From SAR86 cluster bacterium REDSEA-S09_B4 (GTDB lineage: Bacteria; Pseudomonadota; Gammaproteobacteria; Magnimaribacterales; Magnimaribacteraceae), in contig LUQU01000003.1 of the NCBI GenBank assembly GCA_001628005.1, forward strand, positions 14,890 through 78,889: 64,000 nucleotides of DNA. The letters are read 5' to 3'. The translations under genes and the position numbers were made by a program. The notes beneath the pieces were generated by a model. The model did not search any database and was not told where the DNA came from. It saw only the letters and a list, made by a program, of their open reading frames with translations. Below, piece by piece: positions 47,052 through 57,256 of this stretch (the stretch's first letter is position 1; every line of letters begins with the position of its first letter).

Positions 47052-48144
47052 TTACCCTCCTTAGTTGTCGCTCTCTGAACTTATGTTCAATCGGAATTAG
47101 AATGCTAAATTCTGTTTTACCTGGTTCACTTTCAAACTTTATAGTCCCCTTATGTTGAGAAATAATTCCTTGGGTAATAGAAAGACCTAAGCCCGACCCT
47201 TCAGACTTTGAAGATATCATGGGAAAAAATACTGAGTCCTTAAGGTCTTTGGGTATTCCAGGCCCATTATCAATCACAGAGATTCTACAAACCGTTTTAT
47301 GTTGAGTTTCTCCAAGTAATTCTTGATGCAGAACTCTTGTTTTAATCTTTATCTCTGGTGATAGAACCTCTCCTTCTATCAAAGAATCCCTGGCATTGTT
47401 AACTAGATTTAAGATGCTTTGTTCCAATAAATAAATATCTATATAAATTTCCGGGATGCTTGGGTCATAGTCTTTAAGCAAATTAATACCATTTTCACTT
47501 AAGTTTTGTTTTAACAAAGTTATAACATTTTCTAAAGGTGCATGAATGTTCTGCATTTCAAAAGCAGGCTTTCTATTTGGACCAAGAATGTCATTAACTA
47601 ATGAAGAGAGCCTGTCGGTTTGGTTAATTATCATTTCTGTGTATTCTCCCAAATGTTCTTTTGGCAGTTTTTGACTCAATAATTGGGCTGCACCTCTAAT
47701 ACCACTTAAAGGATTCTTGATCTCATGAGCAAGGCCTTTAATAAAGGCAGAGGTCACTTCTTGATTGGATTGAGATCTGAGCCTTTCACGGACTTCATGC
47801 AAGTAGTCTTTATTTATAATCTCCAATATAAAGCCTTCGCCAATTAACTCATCTTTAAATGGTTGAATATGGTAATCACATAACAGCTTCTTTCCGCCCT
47901 TAATAAACAAAAGGATATCAACTTTTGAAAAAGTTGTTTTGTTATTGAGATTTTCTAGAAAGCTGTCAAAGTCTTCTGACTCTTCAAAGAATAATTCCTT
48001 GAGCTTTTTGTTTTTAGAAGACTTAAAACTAGTATCTAATAATGATTGAGCAGAAGGATTTAAATATTTAATTTTTAAAAATCTGTCTAAAAGCAGAACC
48101 CCAGTTCTTAGTTCATCCAGGTAACTTCTATCTAATTTTTGCAT
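47044..48144 (-). CDS. ntrB: nitrogen regulation sensor histidine kinase NtrB
   Basis: 366 aa with a PAS-like N-terminus, an H-box (LAHEIKNPLSGIRGAAQLL) and an HATPase domain (DNGPGIP, GSGLGLS). Confidence 0.88.
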   Translation of the reverse strand: MQKLDRSYLDELRTGVLLLDRFLKIKYLNPSAQSLLDTSFKSSKNKKLKELFFEESEDFDSFLENLNNKTTFSKVDILLFIKGGKKLLCDYHIQPFKDELIGEGFILEIINKDYLHEVRERLRSQSNQEVTSAFIKGLAHEIKNPLSGIRGAAQLLSQKLPKEHLGEYTEMIINQTDRLSSLVNDILGPNRKPAFEMQNIHAPLENVITLLKQNLSENGINLLKDYDPSIPEIYIDIYLLEQSILNLVNNARDSLIEGEVLSPEIKIKTRVLHQELLGETQHKTVCRISVIDNGPGIPKDLKDSVFFPMISSKSEGSGLGLSITQGIISQHKGTIKFESEPGKTEFSILIPIEHKFRERQLRRVNA

Positions 48145-48156
48145 GGACTCTTTAAG

Positions 48157-48183
48157 AAAAAAAAGGGGGAGAACATCTCCCTC
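48157..48183 (-). terminator. intrinsic terminator between glnII and ntrB (potentially bidirectional)
   Basis: In RNA sense the sequence is GAGGGAGA-UGU-UCUCCCCC followed by U8. The plus strand also carries a T6 run after the hairpin. Confidence 0.6.
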
Positions 48184-48238
48184 TTTTTTATTCTTTAAAG
48201 TAACAGTTCAACTTAAAATTTTTAGCTCTTAAAAACAT

Positions 48239-49216
48239 TTAAGTTAAAGTTCCCACTATGTGAGCAATGATCTTATAAGGATCTGCATTTGAAGCTGGTC
48301 GCCTGTCTTCTAGGTAACCATTCCAGTCATGTTCAAGAGTATAAATAGGAATACGAATACTTGCTCCTCTATCACTGACACCGTATGAGAATTCAGAAAT
48401 TTTTTGTGTTTCATGAAGGCCGGTTAGTCTTTGATCATTATCTGAACCATAATGAGAAATACCTTCCTCGTGAACTTCTCCAAGTTTTTCACACATTGAA
48501 GTGAAAAGATTTTCTGAACCATTTGTTCTCATTTCTTCATTAGAAAAATTTGTATGCATTCCAGAACCATTCCAGTCACCACTCTTTGGCTTAGGATGGA
48601 GATTAACTCCAACTCCAAAATCTTCAGCAATCTTGTATAGCAAATATCTACTTACCCAAAGATCATCTCCAGCTTTCACGCCCCTACCGAAGCATTGATA
48701 TTCCCACTGTCCTAATGCTACTTCGGCATTTGTTCCTGTAAGCTCAATTCCAGCATCAATACAGGCTTCTAGATGAGCTTCAGAGATTTCTCTTCCTTGA
48801 ACATTATCTGCTCCAACACCACAATAGTAGTCACCTTGTGGTCTAGGTGTACCATCTTCCCAACCTAAAGGACTTCCATCCTTATTAGTAAAGAAATACT
48901 CTTGTTCAAATCCAAACCACCATTCGTCGTTTAATATTTTTTCTGCAGCTGCTCTGGTATTAGAAGGATGAGTTTCATGCTCTCCTGTTTCGACTTGACA
49001 CATAACAAGATAATCAGCAAATAAAGGACAATCATAAGTATTTACTGGAAGTAGTAAGCAATCTGAGCTTCCACCTTCTGCTTGTTGAGTTGAAGAACCA
49101 TCAAAGGACCACTCTGGGGGTGTGTCATCTGTAGTTGCTTTAATTTTACTTCTGATAGAAGGTTCTGGCTGAAATCCATCAAGCCAAACATATTCATAGA
49201 TTTTTGTTTCTGACAT
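48239..49216 (-). CDS. glnII: glutamine synthetase, type II (eukaryote-like GSII)
   Basis: 325 aa with GSII signatures (YVWLDG, FDGSSTQQAEGGSSDC, WFGFEQEYFF, NAEVALGQWEYQ, DWNGSGMHTNFS, GYLEDRRPASNADPY). The length matches bacterial GlnII, not the roughly 470-aa GSI. Confidence 0.85.
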   Translation of the reverse strand: MSETKIYEYVWLDGFQPEPSIRSKIKATTDDTPPEWSFDGSSTQQAEGGSSDCLLLPVNTYDCPLFADYLVMCQVETGEHETHPSNTRAAAEKILNDEWWFGFEQEYFFTNKDGSPLGWEDGTPRPQGDYYCGVGADNVQGREISEAHLEACIDAGIELTGTNAEVALGQWEYQCFGRGVKAGDDLWVSRYLLYKIAEDFGVGVNLHPKPKSGDWNGSGMHTNFSNEEMRTNGSENLFTSMCEKLGEVHEEGISHYGSDNDQRLTGLHETQKISEFSYGVSDRGASIRIPIYTLEHDWNGYLEDRRPASNADPYKIIAHIVGTLT

Positions 49217-49325
49217 TTAATTTTCTCCGTACATAAAAATGAAATGAAATAATATCATAAAAAAAGCCCCAGTACAGGGCCTTTAAAGTTAGTATAGAGT
49301 GCAAAATGCACTAGATAAAAGCATA

Positions 49326-49342
49326 TGCACTACTAAGGTGCA
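49326..49342. promoter_or_regulatory. NtrC-binding-site-like dyad upstream of glnII
   Basis: The site is TGCAC-TACTAAG-GTGCA. The bottom strand reads TGCACCTTAGTAGTGCA, which matches the enterobacterial consensus TGCACC-N5-GGTGCA at 11 of 12 specified positions. A second dyad, GTGCAAAATGCAC, lies at 49299-49311. Confidence 0.45.
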
Positions 49343-49809
49343 TTAATACGAACAATTTTTTCAGCTAAACCTTCTTTTTTAGAAAAAATTAACCACTCAG
49401 AGAAGAATTTATTCCATTGATATTTTTCATCTCTATGAAACATGTTTTTGTTTGGGTATTTATTTCTTGCCCAAAATAGTTGCTTTCCATTAAATTTTCT
49501 TACCTCTGCCATTCTTATATCATGGTAAATGGCTACAACAATTTCAGTAGCAATCAATTCTTTGGTTGAGAATCCTGACTGTTTTATAACTAATGTAGAC
49601 GTATATTTAGAATCTTTACTTAATTCTAAAGTTACTCTTGAGTTGAGATCAGCTTCTGGTAGAAGATAAGACAAGTTAAGGTTTTTTCTATAAGTAGGAA
49701 TAATCTCTTTTATAAGCATAAAGTTCTTCTCATATAAAAATAGAAGGCCCTTAAGATTAGTCTTTGGCTTTCTTCTTAATGTTACTCCTAAGTTATTTTT
49801 ATTAGTCAT
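49333..49809 (-). CDS. DUF1249 family protein (YqiB-like)
   Basis: 158 aa. The segment VAIYHDIRMAEVRKF...ARNKYPNKNMFHRDEKYQWNKFFSEWL parallels my recollection of E. coli YqiB. Confidence 0.7.
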   Translation of the reverse strand: MTNKNNLGVTLRRKPKTNLKGLLFLYEKNFMLIKEIIPTYRKNLNLSYLLPEADLNSRVTLELSKDSKYTSTLVIKQSGFSTKELIATEIVVAIYHDIRMAEVRKFNGKQLFWARNKYPNKNMFHRDEKYQWNKFFSEWLIFSKKEGLAEKIVRINAP

Positions 49810-50431
49810 AAGACGACCATAATATTAACGCAGCTACTGATCTAAAGGGTTTCCAAGATTCAGCAATTTTTTCTGTTGTCAACTTTTCAGGTCTATTTTT
49901 TAGGCCTTTTAGTCTTTGTATTGCAACCTGTAATCCTAAGTCTGCAGAAGGCCAAGCATCTTTCCTAGACATGCATCCAAGCAAGTAACACTGTGCAGTC
50001 CATTCTCCAATACCTTTAAGCTTAGTTAATTCATTTATTACCTCTTCATTAGACATCAGTTCTAGTGAATCAAAGTTAAGATCTCCTGAAAGGCATGCTT
50101 TTGCAATACCAAAGCAGTAATTAATCTTTTGAAAACTAAGACCCGCTTCTCTAAAAACCTTTTCATCAGTTTTAATGAATTCCTTTGCAGAAAATGGAGT
50201 AATACATTGTTTTAATCTTCCAAAGATAGCTTTAGCTGAAGCAACAGAAAGCTGTTGTTCCACAATTAGATTTATCAACCCCTCAAATCCTGAAGGCCTT
50301 TTGAAAAAGGTAATTTGACCCTTTCTTTTTTTTAGTAGTGCTTTTAACCCAGGATCTTTATCACATAAAAATTGAAGTCCTTCTTTAAGAGAACTAGAGT
50401 TTAATTCTTGTTTCATTAGGGTAGAGTTCAT
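49802..50431 (-). CDS. DNA-3-methyladenine glycosylase II-like HhH-GPD base-excision enzyme
   Basis: 209 aa with an HhH-GPD core (EQQLSVASAKAI, LKGIGEWTAQCYLL, catalytic Asp context PSADLGLQ). Confidence 0.75.
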   Translation of the reverse strand: MNSTLMKQELNSSSLKEGLQFLCDKDPGLKALLKKRKGQITFFKRPSGFEGLINLIVEQQLSVASAKAIFGRLKQCITPFSAKEFIKTDEKVFREAGLSFQKINYCFGIAKACLSGDLNFDSLELMSNEEVINELTKLKGIGEWTAQCYLLGCMSRKDAWPSADLGLQVAIQRLKGLKNRPEKLTTEKIAESWKPFRSVAALILWSSYD

Positions 50432-51575
50432 TAATTACCGAGCTTTTAAAGGGTAAGAGAGATTTGCATCTTTCGTTATATTCTAGGACGTGCTCTCTTT
50501 CCCTTACCAAGAAATCATCAATAGCTTTTTTAAATCTTTCATCTTTTATCCAATGGGTCGAGTAAGTTTCAACTGGTTGAAATCCTCTTTTAATCTTGTG
50601 CTCTCCTTGAACCCCTGGATCAAATTTATTTAACTTTAGCTCTATACAATGTTCTATTCCTTGATAGTAACAAGTTTCAAAATGCAAAGAGTCGTATTCC
50701 TCAAGACAACCCCAATATCTTCCATAGAGATTCTTCGAGTCACAAAAGTTTAAGGCACCAGCCACGTACTCTCCTGTCTCAGTTTCCTTGGCCATCACTA
50801 ACAATATTGATTCAGGTAGACATTTTGAAATTTGATGAAAGAATTCTAGGTTTAAATATGCTTGCATGCCCCGTTTTAAATAAGTTAGTTGATAAAATTT
50901 AAAGAAACTCTCCCAATGTTTTTTCGATATATCTTTCCCCGAAATTCTTTCCATTTGAATGTTTTGATCATAAATCTTAGACCTTTCTTTTTTTAGATTT
51001 TTTCTCTGCCTCGAAGTCAACTCATCAAGAAAATCATTAAAGTCAGAGTAGTTGTTGTTGAACCAATGAAATGAATAGCTGGTTCTCATGCTAAATCCGG
51101 AATCTATATAAGCTGTAAGTTCATTCTTTTCGGGTAAAAGAATATGAGCACTAGAAATCTTTAGTTTAGTAGAAATTTCTTCTAATCCTTCTTTAATAAG
51201 TGCACTTATTGTTGTTCTTTTATTTTCATCCAAAATGCATAACCTTGGACCCGAAGCGGGAGTGAAGGGAATTGCGCTTACTAGTTTAGGGTAATAATCT
51301 AAGCCATTTCTGTAGAAAGCATCAGCCCAAGACCAGTCAAAAATAAATTCTCCATGTGAATCAGTTTTTATGTACATAGGCATTAAAGCAATTACATCTT
51401 CATCTTCCTTTACAAGGAGGTGAAATGGGTACCAGCCTGTTCCTTCCCCAACACACTTGCTTTCTTCTAAAGACAACAAGAAAGAATGTTTCATAAAGGG
51501 ATAGTCAGAACTGACTAAATCATCCCAAGTTGTTTTATCGATGTTTTTAATAGATTCAATAAAGGTTATTTTCAT
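50394..51575 (-). CDS. GNAT-fold FemAB-like protein (DUF482 family)
   Basis: 393 aa. The N-terminus (WDDL...YPFMKHSFLLSLEES...GTGW.P.HL) and the C-terminal GEHKIKRGF motif match my recollection of the DUF482/BioF2-like acetyltransferase family. Confidence 0.6.
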   Translation of the reverse strand: MKITFIESIKNIDKTTWDDLVSSDYPFMKHSFLLSLEESKCVGEGTGWYPFHLLVKEDEDVIALMPMYIKTDSHGEFIFDWSWADAFYRNGLDYYPKLVSAIPFTPASGPRLCILDENKRTTISALIKEGLEEISTKLKISSAHILLPEKNELTAYIDSGFSMRTSYSFHWFNNNYSDFNDFLDELTSRQRKNLKKERSKIYDQNIQMERISGKDISKKHWESFFKFYQLTYLKRGMQAYLNLEFFHQISKCLPESILLVMAKETETGEYVAGALNFCDSKNLYGRYWGCLEEYDSLHFETCYYQGIEHCIELKLNKFDPGVQGEHKIKRGFQPVETYSTHWIKDERFKKAIDDFLVREREHVLEYNERCKSLLPFKSSVINELYPNETRIKL

Positions 51576-51590
51576 TTATTTAATATAAAT

Positions 51591-52451
51591 TCACATTTGG
51601 ACAATGCTGGCAAGTATTGTGCCTACTAAAATTGAAAAACCTATCCAATTATTTTGCTTAAAGGCTCTAAGGCATTTATCCGGTTCTTCATTTCTAACAA
51701 GAAGAAATTGCATAAAAACTAGTCCAAGACAAACAACAATACTTAAATAAAAAATTGGACTTATTTTTTCTAGTAAAGCACAGAGACTCCAAAGAGAAAG
51801 AGATATCAAATGGAATACAACAATTAAGGCTGGTGAGTGCTTTCCGAAAGTTATGGCAGAAGAATTAAGACCAATCGATAGATCTCCTTCTTTATCACTC
51901 ATAGCATAAGCTGTGTCATAGGCTAATATCCAAAAAAAGCATGCTGAAAACATAATTAGAGATGTGACAGAGATCCTATCTAACTCTGCAGCTGAAACCA
52001 TTAATATTCCCCAAGAAAACGCCAATCCCAAAAAAAATTGAGGGACTTTAAAAAATCTTTTTGTCAGAGGATAGAAAACAGCAATTAGTAGGCCCATGCA
52101 TGCAATAAGAATGGTTAGTTTATTTGTCCAAAATAATAATAATGCTGAAAGGCTTATTAAAATAAAAAAGAGGATCATTGCCTCAAGGCTACTTACCTCA
52201 CCAGTTACAATTGGCCTCTCTTTAGTCCTCTCTACTTTGCCATCAAAATCTTTATCAAAAAAGTCATTAATAACACAACCAGCAGAACGCATTAAAAAGG
52301 TTCCTAAGCAGAAAATAATAACGAGTTTCAGAGTGGGTGAACCATCCTTCAAAATCATAAAAGCACTTAAAGTTGGCCATAGAAGCAAAAAAGTTCCGAT
52401 AGGCTTTTCAAGCCGCATAAGTTTTCCTAACCCAATTAACTTACTAGTCAT
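51591..52451 (-). CDS. ubiA: 4-hydroxybenzoate polyprenyltransferase UbiA
   Basis: 286-aa polytopic protein with UbiA Asp-rich motifs (NDFFDKDFD, YAMSDKEGD). Confidence 0.9.
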   Translation of the reverse strand: MTSKLIGLGKLMRLEKPIGTFLLLWPTLSAFMILKDGSPTLKLVIIFCLGTFLMRSAGCVINDFFDKDFDGKVERTKERPIVTGEVSSLEAMILFFILISLSALLLFWTNKLTILIACMGLLIAVFYPLTKRFFKVPQFFLGLAFSWGILMVSAAELDRISVTSLIMFSACFFWILAYDTAYAMSDKEGDLSIGLNSSAITFGKHSPALIVVFHLISLSLWSLCALLEKISPIFYLSIVVCLGLVFMQFLLVRNEEPDKCLRAFKQNNWIGFSILVGTILASIVQM

Positions 52452-52557
52452 TTCACTTTTTCTATCCTAAGTACTAAAGAAGGAGTACTTTAGTCTAGGT
52501 TGCCAAGAAAGTTGAGTTAGAATGTCGCATTTTATTAATAAGCAAAAGTAAAAATAA

Positions 52558-52722
52558 ATGAAAAAGTGGGAATGCATAGTATGTGGTTTCACCTATGATG
52601 AAGAAGAAGGCTGGCCAGAAGAAGGAATTGAACCAGGAACGGCTTGGGATGATGTACCCGAAGATTGGGTATGTCCAGATTGTGGAGTAGGCAAGGAAGA
52701 TTTTGAAATGGTTGAAATATGA
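52558..52722 (+). CDS. rubredoxin (54 aa; not in the ORF track)
   Basis: Hand translation gives [54 protein letters not shown], with both rubredoxin knuckles (CIVCG, CPDCG). The TGA stop overlaps the ATG of the next gene (ATATGA). Confidence 0.85.
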   Translation: MKKWECIVCGFTYDEEEGWPEEGIEPGTAWDDVPEDWVCPDCGVGKEDFEMVEI

Positions 52723-53978
52723 ACGCTTTATCTGCTCCTAAGAACCTCACAAGAAATGTTTTGATTGGAATGGCAGCTGGTGTTCTAGTTGCTTCAATCT
52801 TTTACTACACATCTGGAGTTATTTCTGAAAATATATCAGTAGTTGTAGAAAAGTATATTTTTAATCTGGGTGGACAGATTTTTAAGAATCTTTTGATGCT
52901 TGTAGTTGTGCCGCTTGTTTTCTTCTCACTAGTATCAGGAATATCTTCTCTATCCAATATGGTAAAGCTAGGATCTATAGCTACCAAAACCATTGGACTT
53001 TATTTATTCACCACTGCCATAGCGGTGAGCTTGGCTTTATTTTTTGGTTGGGTTTTTAATCTTTCTGGATTCGAAGGAACAGTGGACCCTTACATCCCCC
53101 CGTCGGGCGATTCAAGTTTATATGGAACGGTTTTAAGAATTTTTCCAAATAATATTTTCGGTGCTTTTATTGAAAATAATATGTTGGGAATAGTATTTAT
53201 AAGCATTTTGTTTGGAATAGCTCTAAATCTCACAGACGATTTAACAGATGGACTTTCAAAGTCCTTTGAAAGACTTAATACAGTTTTTCTGAAGATAGTT
53301 TTGTTAATAATGAGTTTTGCTCCGATTGGTGTTTTCTGCTTAATGGGCAGTTATGTAATGGCTAAAGGATTAAATATTTTTGGTGATTTAGCTCAATACG
53401 TTCTCTTATTAATCTTTGTATTGGCTTTTCATTCTCTATTTACTTATTCATTGATGCTTAAGTCTTTCGCTAACCTCAGCCCTATAGTTTTTTATCGAAA
53501 GATGAGAAATGTAGCCTTGTTTGCTTTCTCTACTTCTTCAAGTGCAGCCACGATACCTGTAACTTTAAAAACAGTAACCGATGATCTTGGCGTTAAGAAA
53601 GATGTCTCCTCTTTTGTTGTTCCTGTTGGGGCAACTATAAATATGGATGGAACAGCTATCATGCAGGGCCTTGCGACTATGTTTATTGCCAGTACTGTTG
53701 GCATAGATTTATCTTTAGTTCAGTACGGACAAATCGTCTTGTTAGCCATAGTAACTTCTATAGGAACTGCAGCAGTACCGTCTGCTGGTACAGTTACTTT
53801 AGCTCTGATTCTTGGATCTCTTGGCCTGCCTTTAGATGCAATAGGTTTAATATTAGCTGTTGATAGAATTTTAGACATGATGAGAACCGCAGTTAATGTG
53901 TGTGGAGATGCTGCGGTTTCGTGTATTGTTGCTAAATCAGAAAATGAACTGGATTTATCAACCTTTAATTCAGAGTGA
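52719..53978 (+). CDS. dicarboxylate/amino acid:cation symporter (DAACS family)
   Basis: 419 aa with DAACS motifs ([41 protein letters not shown]). Confidence 0.88.
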   Translation: MNALSAPKNLTRNVLIGMAAGVLVASIFYYTSGVISENISVVVEKYIFNLGGQIFKNLLMLVVVPLVFFSLVSGISSLSNMVKLGSIATKTIGLYLFTTAIAVSLALFFGWVFNLSGFEGTVDPYIPPSGDSSLYGTVLRIFPNNIFGAFIENNMLGIVFISILFGIALNLTDDLTDGLSKSFERLNTVFLKIVLLIMSFAPIGVFCLMGSYVMAKGLNIFGDLAQYVLLLIFVLAFHSLFTYSLMLKSFANLSPIVFYRKMRNVALFAFSTSSSAATIPVTLKTVTDDLGVKKDVSSFVVPVGATINMDGTAIMQGLATMFIASTVGIDLSLVQYGQIVLLAIVTSIGTAAVPSAGTVTLALILGSLGLPLDAIGLILAVDRILDMMRTAVNVCGDAAVSCIVAKSENELDLSTFNSE

Positions 53979-54066
53979 TAAAGATTAATTTGAATTGCCC
54001 CCTTTATCTTGTAGACTTCGCCGCTGTTAATAGTTCTCAAGAAGGTTTTTGATTTAAGGAGAAATA

Positions 54067-56058
54067 ATGATAGAGAGTTATCTTGCCATACCCCCTTTAT
54101 TAGGATTTGTAGGTCTTCTAGTCGCTCTAGGACTTTACATTATTGTTAATAGATTTCCTGAAGGGGATGAAAACGTAAAGAAGATTGGAGATCAAATCCA
54201 CCTTGGCGCTATGACGTTTATGAAAACCGAATATCTGTACTTAACAATATTTGCAGTTGTAGTGATAGTTTTAGTTTGGAGATCTTTAGGACAAGATACA
54301 GCTATAGCTGTTTTAGCAGGCGCTCTTTCTTCTTCTATTGCCGGTTGGATAGGAATGTACTCAGCAACAAAAGCAAATGTTAGGACCGCAACAGCTGCTT
54401 CAGAATCTGGTGCAGAAACAGCACTTTCAGTTGCATTTTATGGCGGTTCAATTATGGGGCTCTGTGTAGCATCTCTTGGGTTGATAGGATTAGGATCGCT
54501 ATATTATCTATTAAGTGGAGATGCTCATTCCATAGAAGGATTTGCTATGGGCGCATCGATCGTAGCTTTATTTTCAAGAGTAGGTGGAGGAATATACACA
54601 AAGAGCGCAGATGTTGGAGCAGACCTGGTTGGTAAGCTGGAAGCTGGAATACCTGAAGATGATCCAAGGAATCCAGGAGTTATAGCCGATAATGTCGGAG
54701 ATAATGTAGGTGACATAGCAGGAATGGGCTCAGATATTTTTGAGTCTTACTGTGGCTCTATGGTTGCCTGTATTGCAATTGCTTCAACCTCAGCAGTTAT
54801 TGCAGAGGCAAATAGAGAAGGCATGATGTTTTTACCATTAGCTCTAGCCTCGATAGGACTGATTTCGTCAATTATTGGCATAATCGTAGTTAGAATCTTT
54901 TCTAATCTATCTCCAGCCTTGGCAATGAGAATAGGCACAATTGCAGCACCAATTCTTTTTGTATCGGCTGCCTATTTTCTTATTAATTTCTTAGTTCCTG
55001 AAAGCAATATTTGGCTAGCAGTTGTTTGTGGTTCTGCAGGAGGCATAGTAATTGGTTTAATTACCGAATATTACACAGGCTCAAAGCCTATAGTTAAAAT
55101 TGCAGAATCAGGCCAGACAGGACCTGCAACTGTAATGATTACAGGGTTATCTGTTGGGATGCAGTCCGTTGTAATCCCGGTGGCTTGTTTAGCACTTATT
55201 ATTTTCGTTTCCACTAATTTAACTGGTTTATATGGAGTTGGAATTGCAGCAGTAGGAATGCTTTCTACAGTGGGTATAACTATGGCCATAGATGCCTATG
55301 GTCCGGTTGCTGATAATGCTGGAGGTATAGCAGAAATGGCTGGCATGCCTCCTGAAACAAGAGAAATTACTGATGAGTTAGATGAACAGGGAAACACAAC
55401 AGCTGCAATAGGAAAAGGTTTTGCAATAGGAGCTGCGGCATTAGCGGCTTTAGCAATAATAGCTGCTTTTGTTTCAACAGTTTCTGCAAACAGAGGGGAG
55501 GACCTTCAATTGCTGTTAGACAATCCCATGGTATTAATTGGGTTATTTATTGGAGGGGCTATTCCTTTTCTCATAGCCTCGATAACCATGACAGCAGTTG
55601 GTGATGCTGCTTTTGAAATGATTAATGAGATAAGAAGACAGTTTAAAGAAATACCTGGTCTTCTTGAAGGTAATGCTGAGCCGGATACTGCTAAGTGTGT
55701 TGATATAGCTACCTCTGCAGCTCTTAAAAAGATGCTTATACCTGGATTTATTGCTGTATCTGCACCTCCTTTAGTAGGTTTTATATTAGGTCCGGAATCT
55801 TTAGGGGGAATGCTAGCAGGGGGTTTATTGGCTTGTGTTTTAATGGCTTTATTCATGGCAAATGCTGGTGGAGCCTGGGACAACGCTAAGAAATATATTG
55901 AAAAAGGTAACCTAGGAGGAAAGGGCACCGATACTCACGCAGCCGCTGTTGTAGGAGATACGGTGGGCGATCCGTTTAAGGACACGTCTGGTCCTTCCAT
56001 GAATATCTTAATCAATGTAATGGCGATAGTTAGTCTTGTAATAGCACCCTTACTCTGA
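54067..56058 (+). CDS. hppA: membrane-bound cation-translocating pyrophosphatase (K+-dependent subtype signature)
   Basis: 663 aa with M-PPase motifs ([54 protein letters not shown]). [10 protein letters not shown] has Ala at the position that is Lys in K+-independent enzymes. Confidence 0.95.
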   Translation: MIESYLAIPPLLGFVGLLVALGLYIIVNRFPEGDENVKKIGDQIHLGAMTFMKTEYLYLTIFAVVVIVLVWRSLGQDTAIAVLAGALSSSIAGWIGMYSATKANVRTATAASESGAETALSVAFYGGSIMGLCVASLGLIGLGSLYYLLSGDAHSIEGFAMGASIVALFSRVGGGIYTKSADVGADLVGKLEAGIPEDDPRNPGVIADNVGDNVGDIAGMGSDIFESYCGSMVACIAIASTSAVIAEANREGMMFLPLALASIGLISSIIGIIVVRIFSNLSPALAMRIGTIAAPILFVSAAYFLINFLVPESNIWLAVVCGSAGGIVIGLITEYYTGSKPIVKIAESGQTGPATVMITGLSVGMQSVVIPVACLALIIFVSTNLTGLYGVGIAAVGMLSTVGITMAIDAYGPVADNAGGIAEMAGMPPETREITDELDEQGNTTAAIGKGFAIGAAALAALAIIAAFVSTVSANRGEDLQLLLDNPMVLIGLFIGGAIPFLIASITMTAVGDAAFEMINEIRRQFKEIPGLLEGNAEPDTAKCVDIATSAALKKMLIPGFIAVSAPPLVGFILGPESLGGMLAGGLLACVLMALFMANAGGAWDNAKKYIEKGNLGGKGTDTHAAAVVGDTVGDPFKDTSGPSMNILINVMAIVSLVIAPLL

Positions 56059-56496
56059 TCAGATTAATTCTTTCCTCATTGTAGTATGGGGTATGCCAGT
56101 ATCAGATTCATATGGCTCTATCTCTTTATAACCTAAAGATAAGTAAAAATTTATAGCATTTTCTCTAGCATTTAGAACCATTTCTTCTGCTCCTTTCTTC
56201 TTCGCAATCATTTCTAATTCTGAGACTATAGCTGAACCTAAACCTTTTCTTTGGATAGATTCGCTTACTGCCATATATCGTATTTGTCCTTCCTCTTCAT
56301 TATTGAAATGTAATCTACCCGTTCCAATTACCTCTTCTTTATTATTTACAGCAATAAGATGACAACTATCTTGTTCTTTATCATCCTTCAGTGTGTCCTT
56401 TGGCATACCAAGTGGTTTTCTCAACTTTTCCCATCTGAAGTTAAAATATCTTTCCCACTCGGATTCAGTTTCTGGTGACTTAATGATGTAATTCAT
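56059..56496 (-). CDS. GNAT family N-acetyltransferase
   Basis: 145 aa with the acetyl-CoA-binding motif [11 protein letters not shown]. Confidence 0.8.
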   Translation of the reverse strand: MNYIIKSPETESEWERYFNFRWEKLRKPLGMPKDTLKDDKEQDSCHLIAVNNKEEVIGTGRLHFNNEEEGQIRYMAVSESIQRKGLGSAIVSELEMIAKKKGAEEMVLNARENAINFYLSLGYKEIEPYESDTGIPHTTMRKELI

Positions 56497-56527
56497 AGAA
56501 TATTAATTTTTTATACTTAATTTACTA

Positions 56528-57256
56528 ATGGCAAAGAAAGATAACATCTTTAAAGCAGGCAATTTTAACGACTTACCTTTTTCTTTCAACGAAGAAGTGA
56601 CGGAAGTTTTTGAAGATATGATAGATAGATCAGTTCCAGGCTATAAATCCAGCCTAAAACTTATTGAAAACTTAGGAAAGAATTATTATCAGAATAACAG
56701 CTCTTGTTATGACTTGGGATGTTCACTTGGAGCTTCTACTTTAAGCCTCTTCAAGGCAGTAGGGAAAAAAGAAGGACAAATTTATGCTGTTGATAATTCA
56801 AAGGCAATGATCTCAAGCTGCAACTCAAAATTTAAGAATTTAACTGATTCCAAAAAACTGGATTTTATTAATCAGGATCTAGAAGTTATTGAAATTAAAG
56901 ATGCCTCTGTAGTGGTCATAAACTATGTTTTACAGTTTATAGAATCCAGTAAAAGAGAGGAATTATTAGAGAAAGTTTTTTGTGGGATGAAAAAAAATGG
57001 GCTACTGATTTTGTCTGAAAAGACACATTTTGATAATAAATACCGAAACCAGACTCTTTTTAACTTGCATCACAACTTTAAGTTTAAAAACGGGTATACA
57101 AAAATGGAAATTTCAAGAAAACGAGACGCTTTGGAAGGGGTTTTGATAACTGATTTAGAAAAAGACCATCGTCAAAGACTTAGTAAAATTGGTTTTAGAG
57201 AAATAAGAAAAGTTATGAGTAACCTTAATTTCTTTACTTTAATTGCTCAAAAATAA
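56528..57256 (+). CDS. cmoA: carboxy-S-adenosyl-L-methionine synthase CmoA
   Basis: 242 aa with the FSFNEEVTEVFEDMIDRSVPGY N-terminus typical of CmoA and a SAM-MTase fold. It is followed by cmoB. Confidence 0.88.
   Translation: MAKKDNIFKAGNFNDLPFSFNEEVTEVFEDMIDRSVPGYKSSLKLIENLGKNYYQNNSSCYDLGCSLGASTLSLFKAVGKKEGQIYAVDNSKAMISSCNSKFKNLTDSKKLDFINQDLEVIEIKDASVVVINYVLQFIESSKREELLEKVFCGMKKNGLLILSEKTHFDNKYRNQTLFNLHHNFKFKNGYTKMEISRKRDALEGVLITDLEKDHRQRLSKIGFREIRKVMSNLNFFTLIAQK

Noticed and set aside
49217-49262. Sigma-54 (-24 GG / -12 GC) promoter for glnII
   Set aside because: The best candidate, TGGGGC-TTTTT-TTATG, lacks the -12 GC. The stretch TAGTGCATTTTGCA has the wrong GG-to-GC spacing. Neither is convincing without a matrix scan.
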